A DNA stretch of 64,000 nucleotides, taken from assembly GCA_045595785.1 (NCBI GenBank), contig JAZOBE010000037.1, forward strand, positions 18,973 through 82,972, written 5' to 3'. Shown here piece by piece: positions 37,136-47,340 of this stretch. The position numbers and the translations under genes are program-made. Below the pieces are notes generated by a model. It was not told where the DNA came from. It saw nothing but the letters and a program-made list of their open reading frames with translations, and did not search any database. Origin of the DNA: Eubacteriales bacterium. Lineage in GTDB: Bacteria > Bacillota > Clostridia > Oscillospirales > CAG-382. Position 1 is the stretch's first letter. Every line of letters starts with the position of its first letter.

Positions 37136-37170
37136 AAAAACCGCCATAACATAAACTATATAGTATTCAC

Positions 37171-37199
37171 AATATATCACTTGCGGAATTTATTGTCAA
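37171..37199 (-). promoter_or_regulatory. sigma-A promoter of the 35.2-37.1 kb cassette
   Basis: TTGACA-17 nt-TATATT with extended TG. Confidence 0.6.
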
Positions 37200-37275
37200 G
37201 AGAAGTTGCATATTGCTTTAATAAACATAAAAACATCAATTCATATTGACAGTCCATCTCAAGCACGAAGTAAAT

Positions 37276-37305
37276 AAAAAGGCAGAAGTTTTGCGCTTCT
37301 GCCTT
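37276..37305 (-). terminator. Terminator of the nagA-ROK operon
   Basis: AAGGCAGAAG / CTTCTGCCTT stem followed by a T tract on the minus strand. Confidence 0.75.
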
Positions 37306-37320
37306 AGATGTTAAAACTGA

Positions 37321-38700
37321 TTATTTGCCGAGATCGGGAAGGCTTGCTGCTGCAACAGACTGGCCTACGCGGCGAGAAGATTCATCGGGAATGTGGAGAG
37401 TGATCTTCTTTGCAAGCTCGGGGAATTCAACGTCAAGAACTTCCTGTGCCTTTGCGAGGAGGATGGTTCCGCCCTCACCGCTGGTAACACGGCCCATAAT
37501 GAGAACGTGCTTGATATCATAGAATTCGGTATAGTATGCGATAGCATAACCGAAGTAAACACCGATAGTCTCGTAGATCTTCTTTGCTCTCTCGTCGCCT
37601 TCCTTCATAAGGTTCTGAACGATCTTAAGCTTTTCTGCGGGAGAAAGGCTCTCGTCAAGCTCAATACCTGCGAAGGGAGCAAGCTTGATAACGCCGTCCT
37701 GAGAGAAGTACTTAACGCCGCAGCCGTAGTCGCCGGACCACTCGTCTACCATAGCGTTCTTGCAATTGTCAACGGGAACGAAAGCAAGCTCGTTGAGCCA
37801 GCCGGTAATGTTACCCTGACCGTCAACGTAACCGCCTGCTTCGGAGGTACCCATAGCTACGCCGAGAACGTTGGTATCATCAAGGTCCATTGCGCCTGCG
37901 AGAGCGGTAACGTCACCGTCGTTAGCAACTTCGATAGGAATGTTCTCGCCAAGCTCCTTTGCAACGTCGATGTACATATTCTTTACGCACTTATCGAACT
38001 GATCATCGGGAACCTTAAGGAAGAGAGAAGCAACCATTATCTTGTTGTCGATATAAACGCCTGCGGAGGAAACACCGATAGCGTCTACTCTGGGCATATG
38101 CTCAGCAGCGCTCTTCATTGCGGAGAGAATGCCTTCATAGTGATAGTTGGGATCGGAGTTGATCTTGGGGAACCAAACAACTTCTTCGGAATATACAGCC
38201 TCACCGTCGATAACAGCACTTACCTTACGGTCGCTTCCGCCGGCGTCAAAGCCGATACGGCAACCGTCAAGATGTCTGCCAACGGGAGCGGGAGAGTTGT
38301 AATCAACGGGAGCGTTTTCGATATCGCGAAGCTCAACCTCAAACTCGGTCTCATATACGCGGGACATAAAGCCGTTATCGAAATCACGGGAGCCGCCCTT
38401 TGCATAAGCAGCCTTGATATTTTCGCCGACTACCTTGGAGCCTGCGATGATGATCTTGTAGCCGCCTGCCACCCACAGAAGGCTCTTTACGAGACGGTCA
38501 ACAAAATTGATATTTTCTTCATCTTTGCCGATTCCGTCGGGATAAATTCTGGTCTTATAGGTGGTGATGTAACCCTTGTTTCTCTGAATACCGATAACAA
38601 GGTCCTGACCATTTTCCTTGGTAGCCTCGCGCATTTCGCGGCAGAGGAGAGAAAGGGGCTGGAACTGGGGATCCAGAACAGCATTTACTTTAAGCTTCAT
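37321..38700 (-). CDS. ROK family sugar kinase-like protein (459 aa)
   Basis: GFDAGGSDRK, NDGDVTALAG, GTSEAGG, ELAF; overlaps the nagA stop. Confidence 0.82.
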   Translation of the reverse strand: MKLKVNAVLDPQFQPLSLLCREMREATKENGQDLVIGIQRNKGYITTYKTRIYPDGIGKDEENINFVDRLVKSLLWVAGGYKIIIAGSKVVGENIKAAYAKGGSRDFDNGFMSRVYETEFEVELRDIENAPVDYNSPAPVGRHLDGCRIGFDAGGSDRKVSAVIDGEAVYSEEVVWFPKINSDPNYHYEGILSAMKSAAEHMPRVDAIGVSSAGVYIDNKIMVASLFLKVPDDQFDKCVKNMYIDVAKELGENIPIEVANDGDVTALAGAMDLDDTNVLGVAMGTSEAGGYVDGQGNITGWLNELAFVPVDNCKNAMVDEWSGDYGCGVKYFSQDGVIKLAPFAGIELDESLSPAEKLKIVQNLMKEGDERAKKIYETIGVYFGYAIAYYTEFYDIKHVLIMGRVTSGEGGTILLAKAQEVLDVEFPELAKKITLHIPDESSRRVGQSVAAASLPDLGK

Positions 38701-39823
38701 ATCTTACTGTGCCTCCGATAATAGTTTTTTCTACGTTAAATTCATTGTCGGTAATAATAATATCTGCATCCTTGCCGATATCGAGAGAGCCCTTGGTGTC
38801 GCCCATGCCGATAGCGTTTGCAGGATTGAGAGATGCGCAGTTTACGCAATACCAAAGAGGAAGATCGGTGTTGGTATATACGTTCCAAACGCCCTTGTTC
38901 AGCTTAAGTATGCTGCCTGCGATGGTGCCGTCAAGCAGTCTGCACTCGATACCCTTGGATATGAATGCGGTGCCGCCCAGAGTGTACTGTCCCTCAGGAA
39001 GTCCGCCTGCAGGGAGACAATCGGTAATAAAGCAGAGCTTGTCACCCTTAAGCTTTGCAACGATGGGATACAAAGCGGGGTTAACGTGGAAGGTATCCAC
39101 AATAAGCTCAGCAGTAACGTCGGAATTAAGAGCAGCGCCTACAACACCGGGGTTACGGTGTGCGAGAGCTGTCATAGCGTTGAAAAGGTGGGTTGCGTGG
39201 GAAACGCCGTTTACGGTTGCCTTGTAAGCAGTATCGTAATCAGCATCGGTATGACCCATAGAAACCACAACGTCGGTATCCGCAACGATCTCACGGATAG
39301 CGGCAAAATCTTCGTCCATTTCGGGAGCGAGAGAAATTATTTTGATAATATCGGCATATTCCTTAACGAAAGCTGCATCGGGCTTGAGTATGTATTTCTC
39401 ATCCTGTGCGCCCTTCTTCTTTGCGTTGATAAAGGGACCCTCTGCATGGCAGCCGAGAATAGCAGTACCGTTCCAGGTCTTGCTCTCTTCCTTAAGGCTG
39501 CGCAGACATTCAAGTGCCTTGCGGATGACCTTCATGTCCACTGTCATGGTAGTGGGAAGGAAGCCGGTAACACCGTTTGCTACGATACCCTCTGCGATAG
39601 CACGGATGCTTTCGGGCTCACCGTCACAAACGTCCTTGCCAAGGTAGCCGTGGATGTGCAGGTCGATAAGACCGGGAGCCACATAGCCGCCCTTTGCGTC
39701 AATAACCTCCGCACCCTCGGGAGCAGTGTCGCATACGCCGCGGATAACGCTGTCATACACGAGGACCTTTCCCTCAACGATGCGGTCTTTAAGAATTATT
39801 TTGCCGTTGATAATAGCCTTCAT
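38690..39823 (-). CDS. nagA: N-acetylglucosamine-6-phosphate deacetylase
   Basis: PGLIDLHIHG, HAEGPF, GHT, THLFNAM, ITDC, GTIAGS; start set at MKAIING. Confidence 0.93.
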   Translation of the reverse strand: MKAIINGKIILKDRIVEGKVLVYDSVIRGVCDTAPEGAEVIDAKGGYVAPGLIDLHIHGYLGKDVCDGEPESIRAIAEGIVANGVTGFLPTTMTVDMKVIRKALECLRSLKEESKTWNGTAILGCHAEGPFINAKKKGAQDEKYILKPDAAFVKEYADIIKIISLAPEMDEDFAAIREIVADTDVVVSMGHTDADYDTAYKATVNGVSHATHLFNAMTALAHRNPGVVGAALNSDVTAELIVDTFHVNPALYPIVAKLKGDKLCFITDCLPAGGLPEGQYTLGGTAFISKGIECRLLDGTIAGSILKLNKGVWNVYTNTDLPLWYCVNCASLNPANAIGMGDTKGSLDIGKDADIIITDNEFNVEKTIIGGTVRYEA

Positions 39824-39869
39824 AAAGCCCATATCCTCCATTATTTAACATTAAGTTTTTCCAAGTATG

Positions 39870-39901
39870 ATAATAACACATCGGTTACAAAATTGCAACC
39901 G
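39870..39901 (-). promoter_or_regulatory. nagA promoter with overlapping inverted repeat (candidate operator)
   Basis: TTGCAA-17 nt-TATTAT; IR CGGTTACAA-AA-TTGCAACCG at 39882-39901 covers the -35. Confidence 0.55.
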
Positions 39902-39918
39902 TTATTATAAATTTTTAT

Positions 39919-40578
39919 TTAATCAATCCCTATGTTTATAGCTGAATATAATTCATCGGCGGTATCCGCAAACATTTTCGCGCCTTTCTCTGCCAGCTGC
40001 TCCCGTGTGCGGAAGCCCCATGTTACCGCAAGAGGCACCATGCCTGCATTGATCGCCGTCTGTATATCCGAAGGCGAATCTCCTACGTACAGCACGCTGT
40101 TACAGGGTACGCCCAGCGTTTCCGCCGCCTCAAAGCAAAGCGTCGGCGACGGCTTACGGGTATTGCCGCCCCGTTCTCCCAGAGAGACGGATATCTTATT
40201 CCCAAAAAATTTGTTAACCAAAAATTTCACCGCATCATCGCGTTTATTTGATACCACCGCCATGGGATATTCTTCGTCGTAAAGGCGGTCCACAAGAGCG
40301 GAGATACCGTCGTAAGGAACGGTGGTGTCCGCTATATGCAACGAGTAATACTCGGCAAAAAGTCTGTATGCTTTTTCGGTGTCTCCGGGATCTGTATCCG
40401 GCGGGCAGGCGCGCTTGATGAGAAGAGCAAAGCCATCACCTATAAAAGAGCGGATCTCTTCCTTGGTACGGATAGGATATCCTAATACCTCAAGCACGTG
40501 ATTTACGGCGGCGGTGAGATCCCCCAAAGTATCGAGGAGAGTACCGTCAAGATCAAAAAATACTGCGCTGTATCTCAC
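39919..40578 (-). CDS. HAD-superfamily hydrolase (phosphoglycolate phosphatase-like)
   Basis: DLDGTLLDT, VVSNK, KPSP, YVGDSPSD; GTG start. Confidence 0.88.
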   Translation of the reverse strand: MRYSAVFFDLDGTLLDTLGDLTAAVNHVLEVLGYPIRTKEEIRSFIGDGFALLIKRACPPDTDPGDTEKAYRLFAEYYSLHIADTTVPYDGISALVDRLYDEEYPMAVVSNKRDDAVKFLVNKFFGNKISVSLGERGGNTRKPSPTLCFEAAETLGVPCNSVLYVGDSPSDIQTAINAGMVPLAVTWGFRTREQLAEKGAKMFADTADELYSAINIGID

Positions 40579-40610
40579 TTTTCAAACAACCTTTCAAAAA
40601 CAGACCTACA

Positions 40611-40650
40611 AAAAACAAAGGCGGACATAAATACAAATGTCTGCCTTTTA
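40611..40650. terminator. Terminator after acpP
   Basis: AAGGCGGACAT / ATGTCTGCCTT stem flanked by A and T tracts. Confidence 0.7.
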
Positions 40651-40661
40651 TTTTTGATTCG

Positions 40662-40892
40662 TTATATTCTCTCTGCAATATAATCAGCCATATCGCTGAT
40701 GGTACGAAGAGACGCAATATCCTCTTCGGGAATGGCAGAACCAAACTCGGATTCAAACGCCATAATAATATCAACGACATCGAGAGAATCTGCGCCGAGA
40801 TCTTCTATGATAGAAGCATCGTCCGCTATATCCGAAACCTCCATACGAAGCTGACCTGCGACAATGCTTTTTACCTTTTCAAGAACATCCAT
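40662..40892 (-). CDS. acpP: Acyl carrier protein
   Basis: 76 aa acidic; DLGADSLD phosphopantetheine site; AGGAGG RBS. Confidence 0.95.
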   Translation of the reverse strand: MDVLEKVKSIVAGQLRMEVSDIADDASIIEDLGADSLDVVDIIMAFESEFGSAIPEEDIASLRTISDMADYIAERI

Positions 40893-41020
40893 AACTAAAA
40901 TCGTTCCTCCTAAAATTATTACGGCGGAAGCTACCGTATGGATATAATAAACGAAGTTTTGCGTAATTGCAAGACTTTTATTTACAAAAGCAAAAAAAAT
41001 ATTAATTTTCTTTCCATTCG

Positions 41021-41049
41021 TTGACGAAACCTACATTATATGTTATAAT
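41021..41049 (+). promoter_or_regulatory. sigma-A promoter of ruvCAB
   Basis: TTGACG-17 nt-TATAAT with extended TG. Confidence 0.75.
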
Positions 41050-41078
41050 ATAACGATTGTATACAGAGCAGGAGGAAA

Positions 41079-41570
41079 GTGATGGTCATTATAGGTATCG
41101 ACCCCGGTTTTGCCACCGTTGGGTATGGTGTAATACATGCGGAAAACGGTGTTTTTACCCATATTGCCTGCGGCGTTATAACCACTCCGGCTCACACTCT
41201 TATCGAAAAACGTCTGAAGGATATATACGATTCGCTGTGCACGCTGATAGACACATACAAGCCGGATTGTATGTCTATTGAGGAGCTGTTTTTCAACACC
41301 AACCAAAGGACTGCGGTGGACGTTTGTCAGGCAAGAGGAGTAATGCTTCTGGCGGCTGAAAACAAGGGTATAAACATTTATGAATATACTCCCTTGCAGA
41401 TAAAGCAGGCGGTGGTTGGATACGGCAGAGCGGATAAGCATCAGGTTCAGTATATGGTCAAGACGCTTCTCAAGCTGGAAAAAACGCCGAAGCCCGACGA
41501 CGCGGCGGATGCGCTGGCGGCGGCAATATGCCACGGTACGAGCGCAAAAAACATTATGGGAGTTTATTAA
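41079..41570 (+). CDS. ruvC: Holliday junction resolvase RuvC
   Basis: IGIDPG, IEELFF, KQAVVGYGRADK, DDAADALA. Confidence 0.96.
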   Translation: MMVIIGIDPGFATVGYGVIHAENGVFTHIACGVITTPAHTLIEKRLKDIYDSLCTLIDTYKPDCMSIEELFFNTNQRTAVDVCQARGVMLLAAENKGINIYEYTPLQIKQAVVGYGRADKHQVQYMVKTLLKLEKTPKPDDAADALAAAICHGTSAKNIMGVY

Positions 41571-41573
41571 GCT

Positions 41574-42173
41574 ATGTTTTATTATCTTAAAGGCACTTTG
41601 AGCCATTTATATACGGATTTTGCAGTAATAGACGTTGGTGGTGCGGGATACAAGCTTACCGTTTCCAAGAACACCTTTGCCTCCCTCTCCCCTCTTTACG
41701 GAAAAACGGCACAGCTTTTTACTTACATAGCTGTGCGGGAGGACGCGGTTGAGCTTTACGGCTTTTATACCGAAGACGAGCATTCTGCGTTCAAGATGCT
41801 TATATCTGTTTCGGGCGTGGGACCCAAGGCGGCGATGTCGGTGCTGTCCACCTTTACTTCGGACGCATTAGCGACCGTAGTTGCATCGGGAGATGCAAAG
41901 ACCCTTTCACGCACACCCGGTATCGGATTAAAGACCGCACAAAAGATAATACTTGAGCTTAAGGATAAGATAAGCGGAGAGATAGTCTCCTCTGCAGGCG
42001 GTGAAAGCGGTTTTGCCGCAGCAGCATCCGGCGGCGGAAGCGACGCGGTGGATACTCTGGCTGTATTGGGATATACACGTGCAGAGGCGGTTGCGGCGCT
42101 TAAGGGAATTGACCCTACTCTTCCCCTTGAAACTATAATCGGCGAAGCGCTTAAAAAGTTAGCTTCCATGTAA
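41574..42173 (+). CDS. ruvA: Holliday junction branch migration protein RuvA
   Basis: [42 protein letters not shown]. Confidence 0.95.
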   Translation: MFYYLKGTLSHLYTDFAVIDVGGAGYKLTVSKNTFASLSPLYGKTAQLFTYIAVREDAVELYGFYTEDEHSAFKMLISVSGVGPKAAMSVLSTFTSDALATVVASGDAKTLSRTPGIGLKTAQKIILELKDKISGEIVSSAGGESGFAAAASGGGSDAVDTLAVLGYTRAEAVAALKGIDPTLPLETIIGEALKKLASM

Positions 42174-42183
42174 GAGGTACGAT

Positions 42184-43266
42184 ATGCCTATTAATCAATC
42201 CGACAATTTTCATACCGGTGCATCGCTGGATCTGGAAAACCGTCTCACATCCATAAACGAGGTTCCCGAGGACAGAGATAACGAAAACTCCTTGCGCCCC
42301 AAGACCTTGGAGGAATACGTAGGACAGGACACGGTAAAGGAAAACCTTTCCGTGTTTATGAAGGCCGCCAAAGCGAGAGAGGATAATCTGGATCACGTTT
42401 TGCTTCACGGCCCTCCCGGTCTGGGAAAAACCACGCTGGCGACCATTATTGCCGCAGAAATGGGCGTAAATATAAAGATAACCTCAGGTCCTGCTATCGA
42501 AAAGCCGGGTGACCTTGCGGCTATACTTACCACTCTTGGCAAAAACGATATTTTGTTTATAGACGAAATACACAGACTCTCCCGTTCCATTGAGGAGATA
42601 TTATACCCTGCAATGGAGGATTTCGTTCTGGATCTTATGACGGGTAAGGGCCCCTCTGCAAGATCAATAAGAATACCTCTGCCCCCCTTCACCCTCATCG
42701 GCGCTACCACCAGAGCAGGTCAGCTTACCGGCCCTCTGCGTGACAGATTCGGTATGCTGTTCCGTCTTGAGCTTTATACGCCCGAGGAGCTTGCAAGCAT
42801 AGTAATACGCTCTGCGGGAATATTGGGTACGCCCATAACCGAGGAAGGCGCATACGAGATTGCAAGACGTTCAAGAGGAACTCCCCGTCTGGCAAACCGC
42901 TTTTTGAAGCGTGTCCGTGACTTTGCAGAGGTAAAGGGGAACGGAACCGTTGACAGAGAGATTGCTGACATTGCGTTATCATCTCTGGACGTGGACCCTC
43001 TCGGTCTGGATGCGGTGGACAGACGTATGCTTACCGCAATAATAAAGCATTTCGGCGGCGGTCCCGTTGGGCTTGAGACTCTTTCTGCGGTTATCGGAGA
43101 GGAGTCTATAACACTCGAAGACGTTTACGAGCCGTATCTTATGCAATTGGGCTTTATTAATAGAACGCCCAGAGGAAGGTGTGCAACACCTGCGGCGTAT
43201 GCTCATCTGGGCATTCCCTACTTTGATAACGGAGTGAAAAATACACAACAGCTATTAATGGAGTAA
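42184..43266 (+). CDS. ruvB: Holliday junction branch migration ATPase RuvB
   Basis: [40 protein letters not shown]. Confidence 0.97.
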   Translation: MPINQSDNFHTGASLDLENRLTSINEVPEDRDNENSLRPKTLEEYVGQDTVKENLSVFMKAAKAREDNLDHVLLHGPPGLGKTTLATIIAAEMGVNIKITSGPAIEKPGDLAAILTTLGKNDILFIDEIHRLSRSIEEILYPAMEDFVLDLMTGKGPSARSIRIPLPPFTLIGATTRAGQLTGPLRDRFGMLFRLELYTPEELASIVIRSAGILGTPITEEGAYEIARRSRGTPRLANRFLKRVRDFAEVKGNGTVDREIADIALSSLDVDPLGLDAVDRRMLTAIIKHFGGGPVGLETLSAVIGEESITLEDVYEPYLMQLGFINRTPRGRCATPAAYAHLGIPYFDNGVKNTQQLLME

Positions 43267-43271
43267 AATAT

Positions 43272-44132
43272 ATGTTTACAGCAGACGGTTGGAAGGAATA
43301 CAGACTTATAGATGCCTCCGACGGAGAAAGACTTGAAAGCTGGAACGGACATCTGCTTATACGTCCCGACCCTCAGGTTATATGGAACGGCGCAAAGAAA
43401 AGCCCACTTTGGAAAAAGGCGGACGGTGTATACCGCCGTGAAGGCGGCGGCGGTAGCTGGGTGAAAAAGGATATTCCCGAGGAATGGAATATTTCTTACG
43501 GCGATATGACCTTTTTGCTTTCCCCTATGGGCTTTAAGCACACGGGACTTTTCCCCGAGCAGGCAGCGAACTGGGATTGGTTTGCGCCACTCATAAAAAA
43601 TTCCGGCAAAAAAATAAAACTACTTAATCTGTTTGCATACACCGGCGGTGCAAGTATCGCCGCGGCAAAAGCCGGAGCTTTCGTGTGCCACGTGGATGCT
43701 TCCAAGGGAATGGTACAAAGAGCAAAGCAAAACGCAGTTCTTTCCGGCGTACCCGACGATGGAATCAGATATATCGTTGATGATTGCGTAAAGTTTGTTG
43801 AGCGTGAGATAAAGCGCGGAAACAGATATGACGCTATTATTCTCGACCCGCCCTCTTTCGGCAGAGGTCCCAAGGGTGAGAGATGGATGCTGGAGCAATC
43901 GCTGGATAAGCTTATAGGTCTTATCTCCGGCGTTATATCCGACGAGCCCCTGTTTGTCCTGCTTAATTCCTACACCACGGGACTTTCCGCATCCACCTGC
44001 GGTTATATTCTTGGCAGACATCTGGTAGATAAGTTCGGCGGCAAGGTAGATAGTGACGAATTGGGTCTGCCCGTTGAAGCAAGCGGAATGTACCTGCCCT
44101 GCGGTGCGGCAAGCAGATGGACGGCGAGGTAA
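43272..44132 (+). CDS. Class I SAM-dependent methyltransferase (RlmI/RlmK-like)
   Basis: FKHTGLFPEQ, LNLFAYTGG, DCVKF, ILDPPSFGRG. Confidence 0.85.
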   Translation: MFTADGWKEYRLIDASDGERLESWNGHLLIRPDPQVIWNGAKKSPLWKKADGVYRREGGGGSWVKKDIPEEWNISYGDMTFLLSPMGFKHTGLFPEQAANWDWFAPLIKNSGKKIKLLNLFAYTGGASIAAAKAGAFVCHVDASKGMVQRAKQNAVLSGVPDDGIRYIVDDCVKFVEREIKRGNRYDAIILDPPSFGRGPKGERWMLEQSLDKLIGLISGVISDEPLFVLLNSYTTGLSASTCGYILGRHLVDKFGGKVDSDELGLPVEASGMYLPCGAASRWTAR

Positions 44133-44134
44133 AA

Positions 44135-44956
44135 ATGGCTTTTATTGAGACAAACGAGCTTTTCTATACCTATGAGGGAAACCTTATTCCTGCGGTAAAC
44201 AACGTATCCCTTTCCTTTGAGAAGGGCAGTTATACCGCTATAATCGGGCATAACGGAAGCGGAAAATCCACACTGGCAAAGCTGTTGTGCGGAATTTTTG
44301 CTCCCTCGGGAGGAAAAGTATATATAGACGGAATGGATACGTCTGACGAGGAAACCCAGTCTGTCATACGCGAAAAATGCGGAATGGTGTTTCAAAATCC
44401 CGACAACCAGATAGTTTCCTCCGTGGTAGAGGAGGACGTGGCGTTTGCCCCCGAGAATTTGGGTGTACCTTCTGCAGAGATACGCAAGCGTGTGGATGAT
44501 GCACTGGCGGCTGTGGGTATGAGCGAATATACAAACCATTCCACATACAAGCTTTCCGGCGGACAAAAGCAGAGAGTTGCCATTGCAGGTATTCTTGCGA
44601 TGAACCCCCAATGTATTATATTTGACGAAGCCACCGCCATGCTCGACCCTGCCGGCAGAAGAGAAATATCTGCCGCAATGGCGGAATTGAACAAGCGCGG
44701 CATAACAGTTATTACCGTTACCCACCATATGAATGAGGCGGCTATGGCTGACCGAATTATTGTTATGAACAAAGGCAGTGTTGCTATGGACGGAACTCCG
44801 AGAGAAATATTCGCGCAGGTAGACCGATTGCGTGACCTATCGCTTTCGGTTCCCCAGGTAACGGAATTGCTGTATGATCTTGAGCTTCCCGAAGCCATAC
44901 ACGTGGCAGAAGCCGCAGATATTATCGAAGAGGAATTTGCAAAGAAATGTCATTAA
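44135..44956 (+). CDS. ecfA1: ECF transporter ATPase A1
   Basis: GHNGSGKST, FQNPDNQ, LSGGQKQR, FDEATAMLDP. Confidence 0.9.
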   Translation: MAFIETNELFYTYEGNLIPAVNNVSLSFEKGSYTAIIGHNGSGKSTLAKLLCGIFAPSGGKVYIDGMDTSDEETQSVIREKCGMVFQNPDNQIVSSVVEEDVAFAPENLGVPSAEIRKRVDDALAAVGMSEYTNHSTYKLSGGQKQRVAIAGILAMNPQCIIFDEATAMLDPAGRREISAAMAELNKRGITVITVTHHMNEAAMADRIIVMNKGSVAMDGTPREIFAQVDRLRDLSLSVPQVTELLYDLELPEAIHVAEAADIIEEEFAKKCH

Positions 44957-45801
44957 GACTTGAAAACGTTTCCGTGGTCTACGGTGAGGGAACTCCCTTC
45001 CGTAAGGTCGCTTTGGACAATGTTAATATAGAGTTTCCCAAAGGAAAGATAACCGGAATCATCGGTCATACGGGAAGCGGAAAATCCACGCTGGCACAGC
45101 TTCTGAACGGGCTTAACAAGCCTACGACGGGCAAGGTGTATCTTGAAGATAAGGATATCTGGGAAAAGCCCAAGGAAATATCCAAGATACGCTTTAAGGT
45201 AGGATTGGCGTTTCAGTACCCGGAATACCAGCTTTTTGAGGAAACTGTTGGCAAGGATATCGCGTTCGGACCCAAAAATATGCGCTTATCCGAAGACGAG
45301 ATAACCGCACGGGTGGCAGAAGCCGCAAAAATGTGCGGTATTCCCGAAAACGTGCTGGAAAGATCTCCCTTTGAGCTTTCCGGCGGACAAAAGCGGAGAG
45401 TTGCCATTGCGGGCGTTATGGCTATGCGTCCCGAGGTTTTGGTGCTTGATGAGCCTGCCGCAGGACTTGATCCCGTGGGAAAGGCTGAGATACTTTCGGG
45501 AATAATAAACTATAAAAACGAGACCGGCGGAACGGTACTGCTCATCTCCCACAGTATGGAGGACGTGGCAAAGTATTCGGATATGATACTTGTGCTGAAG
45601 GAAGGAAAAGTTTTTTCCTACGGCACAGTTGAAGATACCTTTGCGGATATAGGTGCACTTAAGGATTCATCTCTTGACCTGCCTCAGATAACCCGTCTTT
45701 TTCACGAGCTGAAAAAGCGCGGTATTACTGAGCGCGATGACGTGTACACCGTTAAGTTCGGCGAGAAGTTATTAAAAGAAAAAGGAATTGGCAATGCTTA
45801 A
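44947..45801 (+). CDS. ecfA2: ECF transporter ATPase A2
   Basis: GHTGSGKST, FQYPEYQLF, LSGGQKRR, LDEPAAGLDP. Confidence 0.9.
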   Translation: MSLRLENVSVVYGEGTPFRKVALDNVNIEFPKGKITGIIGHTGSGKSTLAQLLNGLNKPTTGKVYLEDKDIWEKPKEISKIRFKVGLAFQYPEYQLFEETVGKDIAFGPKNMRLSEDEITARVAEAAKMCGIPENVLERSPFELSGGQKRRVAIAGVMAMRPEVLVLDEPAAGLDPVGKAEILSGIINYKNETGGTVLLISHSMEDVAKYSDMILVLKEGKVFSYGTVEDTFADIGALKDSSLDLPQITRLFHELKKRGITERDDVYTVKFGEKLLKEKGIGNA

Positions 45802-46609
45802 GGATATAACGCTGGGACAGTATTTCCCCGGCAATTCCCTGCTCCACCGAACGGATGCACGGATAAAGATAATAATGCTTATCGTGTTTCTTGTGTTCGT
45901 GCTGTGCGCTAAAAGCGCGGCGGCGTTTACGGCGGTAGCGTTTGCAACGGCTTTACTGGTGATAATATCGACTATCCCCTTGAAGACGGTTATAAAATCG
46001 TTGAAGCCGCTGATATTTGTTTTAATATTCACTGCCGTTATCAATTTGTTTTTTGCCAACGGCGAGAATATACTGTTTGAGTGGAAGTTTATAAAAATAT
46101 ACCGTGAGGGTATTGAAAATGCGGTTAAAATGGTAGTTCGTCTTACCTGCCTCGTTGCAGGCACCAGCGTTTTGCTTACCTACACTACTTCCCCCCTTGA
46201 TCTTACCGACGGAATTGAGCGTTTGCTTGCGCCCCTTAAAAAGATAGGCGTCCCCATTCACGATTTTGCGATGATGATGTCCATCGCCCTTCGTTTTATC
46301 CCCACTCTTATTGAGGAGACGGATAAAATAATCTCTGCCCAGAAGGCAAGAGGTGCGGATTTTGAATCGGGCAACGTAATAAACCGGGCAAAAGCACTTA
46401 TACCCATTCTGGTGCCCTTGTTCGTTTCGGCGTACAGACGCGCTTTCGAGCTGGCAGAGGCGATGGAGTGCCGCTGTTACAGAAGCGGAGAGGGAAAAAC
46501 CCGAATGAAAGTAATAAAAACACGGTCTGCCGATTATATTTTTCTTTGTATCTCGGTACTGTGCTGTGTAGGAATATTTTTTCTTAATCTGGTGGTGATA
46601 CCGCTGTGA
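45794..46609 (+). CDS. ecfT: ECF transporter transmembrane component T
   Basis: LGQYFPGNS, IALRFIP, ARG, AMECRCY; follows ecfA1A2. Confidence 0.9.
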   Translation: MLKDITLGQYFPGNSLLHRTDARIKIIMLIVFLVFVLCAKSAAAFTAVAFATALLVIISTIPLKTVIKSLKPLIFVLIFTAVINLFFANGENILFEWKFIKIYREGIENAVKMVVRLTCLVAGTSVLLTYTTSPLDLTDGIERLLAPLKKIGVPIHDFAMMMSIALRFIPTLIEETDKIISAQKARGADFESGNVINRAKALIPILVPLFVSAYRRAFELAEAMECRCYRSGEGKTRMKVIKTRSADYIFLCISVLCCVGIFFLNLVVIPL

Positions 46610-47331
46610 ATTACGCAGTAACCATTTGCTTTGACGGCACAGCATACTGCGGCTGGCAGGTGCAAAACAATGCAATAAGCATACAGCAGACTGTACAGGA
46701 TGCCGCAGAAAAGGTTTTCGGCGTTCGTCCTCCCGTTACCGGATGCTCCCGTACCGACGCAGGCGTGCACGCAAGAGAATATCTCTGCGTTATATCGGGA
46801 GTGGAGGCAATAAAGGAAGCCGCACTTCCTTTAGCGCTTAACAGCTGTCTGCCGGATGATATTTGTGCATTAAAGGCACGAGAGGTGTCCGAGGATTTTC
46901 ACCCCAGATATCACTGTATTGAAAAAGAATACGAATACGTTTTGTGGAACGCAAGAGGTAAAAACGTATTCGACAGCCGTGTGTGGCATTGTCCCCGTCC
47001 CTTGGATGCGGAAAAGATGCATCAGCTTGCCCAGAGCTTTGTGGGCAAAAAGGATTTTCGCTCGTATATGTCGGCAGGAAGCAAGATAACCGATACGGTG
47101 CGCACGGTAAAATACATGAACGTAACCCGCGACGGAGATTACATACGAATAAACGTAGCGGCAGACGGTTTTTTGTATAACATGGTAAGAATAATGACAG
47201 GAACGCTGGTAGAGGCGGCGTATGGCAGAAAGAACCGTGACATTGAAGCTATTACCTTGGCACGGGACAGAAATTATGCCGGTATGACCGCACCTGCAAA
47301 GGGTCTGTTCCTGAACAAGCTTGTTTATTAA
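46606..47331 (+). CDS. truA: tRNA pseudouridine(38-40) synthase
   Basis: YCGWQVQ, SRTDAGVHA, FLYNMVR, APAKGL. Confidence 0.95.
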   Translation: MNYAVTICFDGTAYCGWQVQNNAISIQQTVQDAAEKVFGVRPPVTGCSRTDAGVHAREYLCVISGVEAIKEAALPLALNSCLPDDICALKAREVSEDFHPRYHCIEKEYEYVLWNARGKNVFDSRVWHCPRPLDAEKMHQLAQSFVGKKDFRSYMSAGSKITDTVRTVKYMNVTRDGDYIRINVAADGFLYNMVRIMTGTLVEAAYGRKNRDIEAITLARDRNYAGMTAPAKGLFLNKLVY

Positions 47332-47340
47332 GAGGTAAAA

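Noticed and set aside
37393-39910. 442-aa and 430-aa plus-strand ORFs
   Set aside because: Shadows of ROK and nagA. The same applies to 26165..27493, 17450..18547, 22370..23461 and 56642..58165.
41000-41078. LexA (SOS) box upstream of ruvC
   Set aside because: No CGAAC-N4-GTTCG-like palindrome was seen.
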